64,000 bases of DNA from Eledone cirrhosa (Eukaryota). Shown here one piece after another: positions 29,831 through 43,911 of the stretch (the stretch's first letter is position 1; each line of letters opens with the position of its first letter). The notes below the pieces were generated by a model that made no database searches, was not told the DNA's origin, and saw only the letters and a list, made by a program, of their open reading frames with translations. The translations under genes and the position numbers were made by a program. The stretch is from positions 27,590,001-27,654,000 of the forward strand of contig OZ024763.1 of assembly GCA_964016885.1 (NCBI GenBank). Reading direction: 5' to 3'.

Positions 29831-29849
29831 GTATGTGTATATGTATGTT

Positions 29850-29881
<32 letters not shown>

Positions 29882-29919
29882 TGTATATATGTATGTATGT
29901 AAGTATGTGTATATGTATG

Positions 29920-29953
<34 letters not shown>

Positions 29954-30545
29954 TGTATGTATATATGTATGTATGTATGTGTATATGTATGTATATATGT
30001 ACGTACGTATGTACGTATGTATGTATGTATGTATGTATGTTTGTGTGTATGTATGTTTGTATGTATGTATGTATGTATGTGTGCACATGTGTGTATGTAT
30101 TTATGTATGTATGTGTGCCTGTATGTATGTATGTTTGTATGTATCTATGTATATATGTATGTATGTATGTATGTATATATGTATATATGTATGTATATAT
30201 GTATGTGTATATGTATGTGTGGATATATATATGTTTGTTTGTTTGTATGTATGCATTTCTGTACATATGTATGTATGTATGTTTGCATATATGTATGATT
30301 GTATGTATGTGTGTATAAATATGTGTATGTATGTAAGCATGTATGTGTATTTGTAATTGTGTGTATGTATGTGTGTATCTATGTATGTATATATGCAAGT
30401 ATGTATGTATAGATGTATATATGTATGTATATATCTATATAATAGATGAAGGAACAGACACCAATTAAAAATATACAAAGACAACATGCAGAGTAAATTA
30501 AATGTTTAAATATATATATATATACATACATATACACACACACAC

Positions 30546-30604
<59 letters not shown>

Positions 30605-30637
30605 TATATATATACACATATATATATATACGTGTGA

Positions 30638-30685
<48 letters not shown>

Positions 30686-30828
30686 TACTTAACTTACTGG
30701 TAATAAGGTAGTAATACATTACTGCCTACCACTATTTAGGGTGTGTGTAAAATACTTACAACTGCTTAAGGTTTTGTGTTTACATAACCATAAATAGTAT
30801 AACTAATACTATATATATATATATATAT

Positions 30829-31016
30829 ATAGAAACAAGTATGACTCCGACGGCAGAGCTCAAGCCGTTTCGACGGCTAATCCAGAATTAGCCGTCGAAA
30901 CGGCTTGAGCTCTGCCATCGGGGTCATACTTGTTCCTATTACCCACTCTACTACCCTAAGTATTGAGTACTTTGGTGCGTTATGGTCCATCTGGTTCCTT
31001 ATCACATTTCCTTCGT
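30829..31016. mobile_element. Fold-back PLE remnant (53-bp arms, 5-nt loop, ~77-nt tail) with hammerhead 3' halves
   Basis: Arms 30829-30881 / 30887-30939. Reads GAAA cggc-ttgagctct-gcc(g/a) TC gg(g/a)gtc. Confidence 0.78.
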
Positions 31017-31197
31017 TATATATATATATACAGACCAAGTAAACGTAGACTTTTGTTCACGAAGTTGGCGTAAAAAAAACATTGATAATTACATAAATAT
31101 GATAAAAAATAAGGACAAAACTAAGTGTTGAGAATAAAGATGGAAGGAGTAAAGAAGGGCTGATCTGGCTGTATGGAAAAGTAGAGGAAAGGACTAG

Positions 31198-31659
31198 CTA
31201 TCTATCTAGGGCGGGTAAAATTCCCGAGACCCATGGACGAGTTCTCTCCACCGGTCTCTGTCCCTCATCATCGCTGCCATGTCCTGCATCTCCAAGAGCC
31301 CAGTGTCTGTCCTTAGGGAATCAACATATGTTAACCTCGGTCTTCCCCTTCCAGTGTGTCCGTGCAAGGGCTCCCACAGGAGCACTGAGTGCAGTGTCAA
31401 CTCTGGATGTCGGTGAGCCTGTCCAGCTAACCTCAGTCTTCTCTGTGTTACCCTCGAGCTGACTTTTGAGAGGCTCCCGTACAGCTCTGAGTTCTTCATC
31501 CTCAGTGTATACTGATTAATGTTCAGAGCCATCCTCAACATTCTTGTGTAGCACCCATCCACCATCTGAGTGAGTTTCTTGGTCAGTGTCCAAGTCTCAG
31601 ACCCATACAGCAGCACAGACTCCACTACAGTTGAGAGGAAGTGCAAAGCCTGGGCGGCG
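31198..31659 (-). mobile_element. 5'-truncated RTE LINE with a 5' inversion
   Basis: ORF 31206-31646: VESVLLYGSETWTL..RRLRLAGQAHRHPE..GRGRPRLTYVD, with a short (TAGA)n tail. 31630-31659 matches 59376-59405 in the opposite orientation. Confidence 0.88.
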
Positions 31660-31667
31660 AAAGACTA

Positions 31668-31927
31668 TAAATGGTATATATGACAGGAAAAGGCAAAGAA
31701 TTTAGGGCCACAGAAGAAAGGTTGGGGGAAGGGGAGGGGGTAATGGGGGATGGGCCTAGGGCTCAGCCTAGTTGGGGCTGCAACCCGAGGAGAAATCAGC
31801 AAAGGCTTTCCTGCGGACAATGGCCAGCGACACCCACTGCAACAGGTACCCCACATCGCGGGGCTTCTTCTTCAGATGTCCTGCCCACTTTCTGATCTTG
31901 TGGGAGAGCTCGGCAGTACGGGGTCCT
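31668..31927 (-). pseudogene. CRE-clade-like non-LTR retrotransposon C-terminus/3' UTR (probably continues at about 31050-31196)
   Basis: Manual translation GPRTAELSHKIRKWAGHLKKKPRDVGYLLQWVSLAIVRRKAFA resembles the CRE terminal L.QRISLAIQRGNA motif. Confidence 0.6.
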
Positions 31928-32046
31928 AATATAACTAGCGTTCAACTAAGATATTTCTTCATTGTACTGTGTCGTTTGTACTTATTAATTCTCTTTATTT
32001 TTTGCACACACACTCACACACACAAACAGACGCACGCACACCACAC

Positions 32047-32076
<30 letters not shown>

Positions 32077-32077
<1 letters not shown>

Positions 32078-32345
32078 CCAGGGGTGTAACGTACAGTTAC
32101 TGCAGGTTCACCAGGGGGAGCACTCGATGTTTAGGTTCACTTCTGTGTCGAGGTGTCGAGCTAGACAGAGTGTATTATAGTAAAATAAAACAAGGACGGG
32201 TGGTTACTTCTTCATTACGGTTATAAGGGTTCAGGGTCGAGCTAGATCGATACAGATCGAACCTTGAGCTGATCAGTGGCGTCCAATAACCAACCAATAA
32301 ACGTAATGAAGGAGTAACCACTCGTCCTTGTTTTATTTTACTATA
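32077..32345. mobile_element. Fold-back PLE remnant (49-bp arms, 72-nt spacer, ~100-nt tail)
   Basis: Arms 32176-32224 / 32297-32345. Same family as 19976-20205. Flanked by (TA)n. Confidence 0.78.
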
Positions 32346-32554
32346 TATATATATATATATATATCTTCTTCTTCTTCTTCTTCTTCTTCTTCTTCTTCTT
32401 CTTCTTCTTCTTCTTCTTCTTCTTCTTCTTCTTCTTCTTCTTCTTCTTCTTCGTCTTCTTCTTCTTCTTCTTCTTCTTCTTCTTCTTCTTCTTCTTCTTC
32501 TTCTTCTTCTTCTTCTTCTTCGAATTATCATCATTGTTCTATTATTACATCCTC

Positions 32555-32665
32555 TGTTTTTTTTGGTTTATTTACACGCAGAAATGCCCTTTTGTACCGT
32601 CCTGTATTGTCCTGCACTGTCCTTAATGTCTACTTTATGTAAGCCCTTGTGGTTAATAAAGAAAA

Positions 32666-32666
<1 letters not shown>
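32555..32666 (+). mobile_element. 3' end of a second Tx1-like family inserted in (ATT)n
   Basis: Ends GCCCTTGTGGTTAATAAAGAAAAC then (ATT)n. The upstream UTR differs from the TATC family. Confidence 0.6.
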
Positions 32667-32723
<57 letters not shown>

Positions 32724-32724
32724 G

Positions 32725-32928
32725 TTCTTTGAGCCTCAGTGATTGATGTTATTTAACTGGAAAGTTTGTTAAAGTGAATATCAAGCCGCTACTTTGCAGC
32801 CTTTGATATTCAGGACGTATCGGAGGGTTCTTGCTGTTCCCAGCAAGCATGCCTTTTGAAGTGTTCCAAAAAGCGGGGCTGGACTAACTTTCTTTAACCA
32901 TCCTTGGAAACTCTTTGAGATAGTACCT

Positions 32929-32932
<4 letters not shown>
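32725..32932 (-). mobile_element. R4/Dong-clade non-LTR retrotransposon 3' end in (TAA)n
   Basis: Translation LGTISKSFQGWLKKVSPAPLFGTLQKACLLGTARTLRYVLNI matches the R4/Dong terminal LQKA.LLGTARILR motif. (TTA)n lies on both sides, and TAA repeats are the known Dong target. Confidence 0.8.
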
Positions 32933-32987
<55 letters not shown>

Positions 32988-33305
32988 CGGCCCTGGTGGC
33001 TAATAAATGAAATCATTATTATTATTATTATAATTATTATTAGGGCTTTCTTTAGAAAAAAACCAAACAACAACAAAAAAAATGAAAAAAAAGAAGAAAA
33101 GATGAGATAAAAATTACGAAAGACACCGTCTTTAATTTAATAATAAAAACACTGGTATGGGATGGTCACAATTAGAACGCCTTTGAAGAAAATGGCTGTG
33201 TTCGCTCAACAGTAAAGTACAGAGTTACCCACAAGAATATTAGCTGTAGCAGCAAGATCAAGAAACTGATGAATATATATATATATATGTATATATATAT
33301 AAATA

Positions 33306-33372
<67 letters not shown>

Positions 33373-33448
33373 ATATATATATGTGTATATATATATGTGT
33401 ATATATTTACATATATATATATGTGTATATATATATGTGTATATATTT

Positions 33449-33509
<61 letters not shown>

Positions 33510-33540
33510 TGTATATATGTATATATATATACACACATAC

Positions 33541-33581
<41 letters not shown>

Positions 33582-34033
33582 GATAAAATATTGAAAAAAT
33601 GTGAAAAATCTCAGGTCCTCATTACCAGTCGTGCATTCTTCATTTATTTAATTATACTTGCTGTCTTTATACACACATACACATATATATATATACACAT
33701 ACACACATATATATATATATGTATATACATGTATATATATATATAGATGTATATATGTATAGCTATGTGTGTATATATGTGTGTGTGTATAATTAAATAA
33801 TTTAGTCGATTTATGTATATTTAGATGTGTAATTGTTTATATGTTTGACTCACTGCATGTATGTATATGTGTGTATATGTGTGTGTATGTGTGCATGTAT
33901 GTGTGTGTATGTGCATGTGTGTATGTATGTGTGTGTGTGTATGTGTGAGTGTGTGTATTTGTGTATTTGTCTCGTTGCAATTAAGTGGGTTAGTAGGCGC
34001 TCTGTAATCATTTTGAACACACATATACACACG

Positions 34034-34099
<66 letters not shown>

Positions 34100-34148
34100 C
34101 ACATATAACTATGACTCTCTATCTATTTCTCTCTGTCTCGCCCTCTCC

Positions 34149-34250
<102 letters not shown>

Positions 34251-34341
34251 TATATACATATATATATATAAACATACTTCAAACAGACACACAATATATC
34301 CATTTATATGTATATATATATATATTTATATATATGTATGT

Positions 34342-34412
<71 letters not shown>

Positions 34413-34435
34413 TATATATATATATATATATATAT

Positions 34436-34493
<58 letters not shown>

Positions 34494-34699
34494 ATATATA
34501 TATATATATGCACTTCAACAATATATTTTTTAAAAGAATGAGAAATCGAAATCCTAAAATCAAAGGAAAGATATCGATATCCATGAATTTCATTATTTAA
34601 AATCAATACTGATGAAAATTAAAGGTTTTCTGCCTGTATTTGATGTGTAACTCATCCCTAATTTATGCCTAATAACTCCCCTCCTGTTCCCTCTACATC

Positions 34700-35500
34700 C
34701 TCCTCTACACATATATATACATCCCTACATATACATACATGCCTATATATATATATTTATATACATCCCCTTCATATATATATATACATGCCTGCATATA
34801 CACATATCCCCTACATATACGTAGGATACGTATATATATACATGCCTACATATATACACACATGCATACATATAAACACACATGCATACATATATATATA
34901 CATGCCTTCATATATACATACATACATACATACATGCATACATATATATATATATATACATGCCTTCATATATACACACGTGCCCACATATATATACATG
35001 CCTTCATATATACACACATGCCTACATATATACATGACTACATATATACACACGTGCCCACATATATATACATGCCTTCATATACATACATGCCTATATA
35101 TATATATATATATTTATATACATCCCCTTCATATATATATATATACATGCCTGCATATACACATATCCCCTACATATACGTAGGATACGTATATATATAC
35201 ATGCCTACATATATACACACATGCATACATATAAACACACATGCATACATATAAACACACATGCATACATATATATATATACATGCCTTCATATATACAT
35301 ACATACATACATACATGCATACATATATATATATACATGCCTTCATATATACACACGTGCCCACATATATATACATGCCTTCATATATACACACATGCCT
35401 AGATATATACATGACTACATATATACACACGTGCCTACATATATATACATGCCTTCATATATACACACATGTCTACATATATATAAATGTCTACATATAT
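34700..35500. repeat. ACAT-based minisatellite with a ~370-bp higher-order duplication
   Basis: CATATACGTAGGATACGTAT occurs at about 34814 and 35173. Confidence 0.75.
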
Positions 35501-37269
35501 ATATACATGCCTACTTATATACATACCCTACATATACACATGCCTGCATATATATACATGCCCTACATATACACACATCCCTACATATACACATACCTAC
35601 ATATACAAACACATATATGCATACATACTTTTATATACATACATACATACATGCACTCACACACTTATATACATACATGCATCTATACCGTGCTATACAT
35701 ACATATATACACTCACACACATATATACATACATATATGCACTCGCACACATATATACATACATACACTCACACACACATATATACATACATACATATAT
35801 ACACTCACACACATATATACATACATATATGCACTCACACACATATATACATACATACATGCACTCACACACACATATATACATACATACATATATACAC
35901 TCACACACATATATACATACATACATATATGCACTCACACACACATACATACACACATCCCTACACACACACACACATATACATACATTCATACTATTAC
36001 ATACACACAGCCCTACACACACACACACATATATATACATCCATTCATACTATTATATAGACACACACATACACACATCCCTACACACACATATATATAC
36101 ATACATTCATACTATTATATACACACACACATACACACATTCCTACACACACACACATATATATAAATACATACATACATTCATACTAGTATATGCATAC
36201 ACACATACACACATTCCTACACATACAGCCATACACACATTCATCCATACACACATGCATATCTACACTCACACACACTTTCAAATAAATACACACATAC
36301 ATCTATATTGTTATATAGATGCACTTACACACACACACACATACACACACATATATATATATATACATATATATAGATACATCTTACACTCACATACACA
36401 CATATATGATGGTGGTGGTGATGATAATGGTGATGATGGTGGTGGTGGTGGTAGTAGTGGTGGTTGTGATGATGGTGGTAGTGGTGGTTGTGATGATGGG
36501 GTGGTGGTGATGATGATAGTGGTGGTGGTGGTGGTTGTGATGGTGGTGGTGGTTGTGATGATGGTGGTGGCGGTGGTGGTGTTGGTTGTGATGATGGTGC
36601 TGGTGGTGTTGGTTGTGATGATGGTGGTGGTGGTGATGATGATAGTGGTGGTGGTGGTGGTTGTGATGATGGTGGTGGCGGTGGTGGTGTTGGTTGTGAT
36701 GATGGTGGTGGTGGTGATGATGATAGTGGTGGTGGTGGTGGTGGTAGTGGTGGTTGTGGTGGTGCTGGTTGTGATGATGGTGGTGGTGGTGATGATGATA
36801 GTGGTGGTGGTGGTGGTGGTAGTGGTGGTTGTGATGATGGTGGTGGTGGTGATGATGATAGTGGTGGTGGTGGTGGTAGTGATGATGGTGGTGGTGGTGG
36901 TGTTGGTTGTGATGATGGTGGTGGTGGTGGTTGTGATGATGGTGGTGGTGGTGGTGGGGGTGGGGGTTGTTATGATGGTGGTGATGGTGGTGTTGTTTGT
37001 GATGATGGTGGTGGTGGTGGTGTTGGTTGTGATGATGGTGGTGGTGATGATGATGATGATGGTGGTGGTTGTGATGATGACGGTGACAATGATGATGATG
37101 ATGATAATGATGATGGTTGTGATGGTGGTGCAAATGATGATGGTGATAATGATGATTATAATGATGATGATGATGATGATGGTGATAATGATGATTATAA
37201 TGACGATGATGATATTGAAGCAATGATAATGATAATGGCGATGATTATGATGATGATAATGCTGTTAAT

Positions 37270-37935
37270 AATTATTTCTACTTTTGGCACAAGGCCAGCA
37301 ATTACCCCAGTACATTACTGGTACTTTATTTTATCGACCCCGTAAGGATGAAATGCAAAGTTAACCTCGGCGGGATTTCAACTCAGACCACAAAGGGCCG
37401 TAACTCTTGGCTGCAAAGCATGGCGTCTGACCCTCTACCGATACTTGTTTCTACTTTAGGCACAAGGCCAGCAATTACCCAGTGCATTACTGGTACTTTA
37501 TTTTATCGACCCCGTAAGGATGAAAGGCAAAGTCAATACCGATACTGCCAATCGATGATGATAATGCATTTAATAATTGTTTCTACTTTAGGCACAAGGC
37601 CAGCAATTACCCAGTGTATTACTGGTACTACTGGTGAAAGCGTGTGGCTGAGTGGTTAGAGAATTGGATTCGCAATCGTAAGATTGTGAGTTCGATTCCT
37701 GGACCGGGCGATGCGTTATGTCCTTGAGCAAGACACTTTATTGCACGTTGCTCCTTCTACCTGGAGTTGCGACCGATAGATAGTATTAGCAATTGGAAAG
37801 ACCAACGGAAACATTGTTCCCTCGGTCCGATTTGACGAAAGTCGATCGTTCCTTTAATTACTGGTACTTTATTTTATCGACCCCCGTAAGGGATGAAAGG
37901 CAAATATAACCTGGGCGGGATTTGAACTCAGAATG
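37270..37935 (-). mobile_element. Cluster of three nested or tandem minus-strand SINEs
   Basis: Tails TTTCTACTTT(T/A)GGCACAAGGCC at about 37275, 37448 and 37580. Confidence 0.85.
37630..37856 (+). mobile_element. CORE-like tRNA SINE with a 12-bp TSD inserted into another SINE
   Basis: A box TGGCTGAGTGG, B box GTTCGATTCC, CCTTGAGCAAGACACTTTA. TSD ATTACTGGTACT at 37618-37629 and 37857-37868. Confidence 0.85.
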
Positions 37936-37973
37936 GCATGTTAATAATGATGCTAAACATGATATTGCTGCTA

Positions 37974-38040
<67 letters not shown>

Positions 38041-38070
38041 CGATGGTGGTGGTAGTGGTAGTGGTAGTGG

Positions 38071-38101
<31 letters not shown>

Positions 38102-38133
38102 GGTGGTGGTGGTGATGGTGGTGGTGGTGATGA

Positions 38134-38167
<34 letters not shown>

Positions 38168-38169
38168 GG

Positions 38170-38200
<31 letters not shown>

Positions 38201-38232
38201 GGTGGTAGTGGTGGTGATGGTGGTGGTGGTGG

Positions 38233-38266
<34 letters not shown>

Positions 38267-38301
38267 GGTGGTGGTAGTGGTGGTGATGGTGGTGGTGGTG
38301 G

Positions 38302-38356
<55 letters not shown>

Positions 38357-38469
38357 GGCGGCGGTGATGATGATGATGGTGGTGGTGGCGGCGGTGGTGG
38401 TGGTGGTGGTGGTGGTGATGGTGATGATGATGATGATGATGATGATCATGGTGGTGATGGTGATGGTGA

Positions 38470-38503
<34 letters not shown>

Positions 38504-38722
38504 GATGGTGATGGTGATGGTGATGATTTAAATTAGACCCAATGCTATCCAACCGACGCCACAGCCTTTAATACTCTCGTCTCATTTAAGTCGTTCTCAA
38601 TAGTACAATAGAATGTTCTGGAACGGATAAAATCAGAAGAGAATTTTATACAATTAATAAGCAAAGAATATTTAACAAAATTATATTCATACACACACGT
38701 ATATATACATATATATATATTG

Positions 38723-38840
<118 letters not shown>

Positions 38841-38891
38841 GTTTATATATATATATATGTATGTGTATATATATATGTATATCTATATATG

Positions 38892-38950
<59 letters not shown>

Positions 38951-39265
38951 ATATATGTTTATATATATATATATATGTATATATATGTATATATATGTAT
39001 ATATATGTATGTATATATATTGATATATATATTGATATATATATATATATATATATATATGTGTATATATATGTATATATATATATGTGTGTGTATATAT
39101 ATGTATGTATATATATATATGTATATATATATATGTATATGTGTATGTGTGTATATATATATATATATGTATGTATATATGCATACACTGAGACACACAC
39201 ATAAAAATTACAGGTGCACGTACACACACACAAACATATTCCTAGCACACTGACATAGATATGAG

Positions 39266-39349
<84 letters not shown>

Positions 39350-39764
39350 CAGAGATATAGAGATAGAGATAAAGAGACAGAGAGAGAGAGAGATAGTGGG
39401 AGAGAAAGAGAGGGTGAGAAACTGATAGATAGAGAGAGAGCGAGAGACAGTGGAAGAGAAAGAGAAGGGTGAGAAACTGAGAGATGGAGAGGGAGAAAGA
39501 GAGAGAGAGAGAGAGTGTAAGAGAAAGAGAGTGAGTGTGAGAAACAGAGCGAGAAAGAAAGAGAGAGAGAGATGGAGAGAGAGAGAGAGGAAGAAAGAGA
39601 ATATGTGTGGTGGATTAATATACACACATATGCAGGCTGAGATTTATACATACATCTACACACACTGACATACACACACACTCTCACATACTTGGTTGTC
39701 TACATACATGTATATATATATACACATATACAGTAAATAAAACGTATAATATGTATACATTTTA

Positions 39765-40084
<320 letters not shown>

Positions 40085-40088
<4 letters not shown>

Positions 40089-40295
40089 TTAATATAGATG
40101 AGATTCTACAGGACTAGAACTGTTTCATTCTCTAGAAATCATCAGGAATCTGGGTATTCCCAGATTCCTGATGATTTCTAAAGAATGAAACAGTTCTAGT
40201 CCTGTAGAATCTCATTTATATTAAAACTTTTATACTCTGCTATGTATTGAGTACCTTACTTACTGTGGTTACCTCCGATTCAACCCGGAATAACG
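40085..40295. mobile_element. Fold-back PLE remnant (70-bp arms, 4-nt loop, 67-nt tail) with a complete hammerhead in each arm
   Basis: Arms 40085-40154 / 40159-40228. Minus-strand HHR at 40101-40151. Confidence 0.85.
40162..40212 (+). ncRNA. Type I hammerhead ribozyme
   Basis: agattc CTGATGA t ttc-taaa-gaa t GAAA cag-ttctagtc-ctg TA gaatct. Predicted cleavage after GUA (40206). Confidence 0.87.
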
Positions 40296-40319
40296 TATAT
40301 ATATATATGTGTGTGTAAT

Positions 40320-40357
<38 letters not shown>

Positions 40358-40453
40358 TAAGTGTATGCGTGCCTCTATTTGTGTATGATGGTATTTATTA
40401 TTTGTGTGTGTATCTGTATAAGTTGGCATATATATATGTGCGTGCTTGTATGT

Positions 40454-40503
<50 letters not shown>

Positions 40504-40504
40504 C

Positions 40505-41084
40505 CATGTATCCCAGTACAACCTGTCTCATGGTCGGGTCGTTGGCGACTAAACTGGCAACCCCACCAAGTTTTCTTGGTGAGGAGGGTGACTTTGGACA
40601 TCCTGCAGGACTAAAAACAAAACCTGTCAAAGGGTAAAGGAGCTCTTAAGAGTCAATGGCCATCCAAATTCACCGGGAGAGATGATCCTTTAGCCTTTGT
40701 CAAGGCAGAATTCTAGGAGAAGGAAAACTCTGATATAACACCTGCAACCCTGATGGTATCCAATGATGTTGACTTGTTCTTCTTTTTGGTAAATATCATC
40801 TTGGTTAAGAGAGTGGGACTGGCTTTGTGCAGTGCCTTTGCTCACTATAAAAGCTTCACGGCACAGGCATTGCTTTATATCTGGAGATCTCTCTGCACTT
40901 GTCGTCACATGGTAGCATGGGCCCAGCACTATGTGTCAGTAATTGTCACAAGTGTAGTGTTTGTACCAGAGTTTACAAGTTGCTGGCTGGACTAAAAAGT
41001 CACACTCGTTCAGCGCATCGGTAGGGGTTCTCCTACATGGATATAAAGTAGTGGCCGTACTCGAAAACGAGTTGGTGGCCACCA
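40505..41084 (+). mobile_element. Third copy of the ~580-bp RTE-related retroposon
   Basis: Aligns end to end with 27860-28437. Confidence 0.75.
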
Positions 41085-41137
41085 CATGTATGTATATGAA
41101 TATCTGTATACATGTATATGTATATATATATATATGT

Positions 41138-41289
<152 letters not shown>

Positions 41290-41458
41290 ATACTTTGGGA
41301 GGGTCATGTTGCCAATAAGAAACACACGCACCACTTGCTTTCACTTCAATTTATTATATATTTATAAATTTACAAATATATATACACAAAGTATAACAAT
41401 ATCGGTTTCAACACACGATTTCAGATAATGAATCTTGCTAAACAAATTCAGAAACGAA

Positions 41459-41492
<34 letters not shown>

Positions 41493-41590
41493 GAGGTTGA
41501 CTTTGCCTTTCATCCTTACGGGGTCGATAAAATAAAGTACCAGTAATGCACTGGGTAATTGCTGGCCTTGTGTTTAAAGTAGAAACAATT
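41493..41590 (+). mobile_element. SINE 3' half
   Basis: Core plus tail. Confidence 0.85.
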
Positions 41591-41618
41591 ATTATATATA
41601 TATATATATATATATTGT

Positions 41619-41649
<31 letters not shown>

Positions 41650-42700
41650 TATTATATATATATATGTATGTATATATGTATGTGAATGTGTGTATACGTG
41701 TATACATGTGTGTATATGTATATATGTATGTGAATGTGTGTATATATATATACATATATATATAATATATATGTATATATATATATGTGTGTGTGTATGT
41801 ATGTATATATATGTGTGTATGTATATATATATATATATATATGTGTGTGTATGTATGTATATATATGTGTGTATGTGTATATATATATGTGTGTGTATGT
41901 ATGTATATATATGTGTGTATGTGTGTTTATATATGTGTGTATGTGTATATATATATATGTGTGTGTATGTATGTATATATATGTGTCTATGTGTGTATAT
42001 ATATGTGTTTATATGTGTATATATACGTGTGTATGTGTATATATATATGTGTGTGTATGTGTATATATATATGTGTGTGTATGTATATATATGTGTGTAT
42101 GTGTGTATATATATGTGTGTATATGTGTATATATATGTATGTATGTGTATATATATATGTGTGTGTATATATGTATATATATGTGTGTGTATATATGTAT
42201 ATATATGTGTGTGTATATATGTATATATATGTGTGTGTATATATATGTATATATATATGTGTGCATGTGTGTATATATATATATGTGTCTATGTGTATAT
42301 GTGTACATATATGTGTGTATGTGTGTATATATATATCGTGTATGTATGTATATATATGTGTGTATATATGTATATATATGTGTATATATATGTGTGTGTA
42401 TGTGTGTATATATATGTGTGTATATATGTATATATATGTGTATATATATATGTGTGTATGTGTGTATATATATGTGTGTATATATGTATATATATGTGTA
42501 TATATATATGTGTGTATGTGTGTATATATATGTGTGCATGTGTGTATATATATGTGTGTATATATATGTGTGTATATATTGAGGCTATAAATTATAATCC
42601 AGGTTTTTATCTGGTGACGGACATTCGGTGTGGTTAGTACATCACGTGATCACCGACAATCGGGCTTACGTCGACGACGACGACGGAGGGGATGACGACA

Positions 42701-42750
<50 letters not shown>

Positions 42751-42914
42751 AGAGATGATAATCATGATGATGGTGGTGGTGATGGTGATGGTGGTGAGGA
42801 TGATGATGTTGATGATATTGATGGTGATGGTGATATTGTTATTGATGATGATGATGATGATGATGGTGGTGATGATGATGGTGATGGTGATGACGATACT
42901 GGTGGTTTTGGTGG

Positions 42915-42945
<31 letters not shown>

Positions 42946-43842
42946 GGTGATGATGATGATGGTGATGATGATGATGGTGATGGTGATGATGGTGATGAGG
43001 ATTATGATGGTGATGATGGTGATGATGATGATGATATCTGTAGTGATAATACTGCTGATGATGATGATGGTGATAATGCTGCTGCTGCTGATGATGATGG
43101 TGATAATGCTGATGGTGATGATGATGGTGATAATGCTGATGATGATGATGATGGTGATAATGCTGATGATGATGATGATGGTGATAATGCTGCTGCTGAT
43201 GATGATGATGGTGATAATGCTGATGATGATGATGATGGTGTTAATGCTGCTGCTGCTGATGATGATGTTGATAATGCTGATGATGATGATGATGGTGATA
43301 ATGCTGCTGCTGATGGTGATGATGGTGATAATGCTGCTGCTGATGATGATGATGGTGATAATGCTGATGATGATGATGATGGTGTTAATGCTGCTGCTGC
43401 TGATGATGATGTTGATAATGCTGATGATGATGATGATGGTGATAATGCTGCTGCTGATGGTGATGATGGTGATAATGCTGCTGCTGATGATGAGGGTGAT
43501 AATGCTGATGATGGTGATACTGTTGGGTGATGGATGTAATGATGGTGCTGATTACGATGGTGAAGATGATGATGGTAAGATGTTGGTGGTGCTAATGGTA
43601 ATGATGGCGACATTGATGAGAATGGTAGCGACCATGATGGTGATGATGATGACGATGATGGTGGTGCCAAGAACGGCAACTCTTATCAAATGAAATATAT
43701 CTTTTACTAGGCCAATAATAAGAAGACAAATCTAGATTCTGGAATATTCTGAAGACCTAATACTGTTGTAAATACATCCACTGTTGGTGTCACCATCTTT
43801 CTTTGACAATTGAAAAGAAACGAAGAGAAAGGGTCTTGTCAT

Positions 43843-43908
<66 letters not shown>

Positions 43909-43911
<3 letters not shown>

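Noticed and set aside
42628-43530. Asp-rich 300-aa ORF resembling acidic biomineralisation proteins (also 23591-24475 and 37922-38536)
   Set aside because: Several frames are open and the same GAT/GGT tracts recur throughout the window. It is best explained as microsatellite, though expression data could overturn this.
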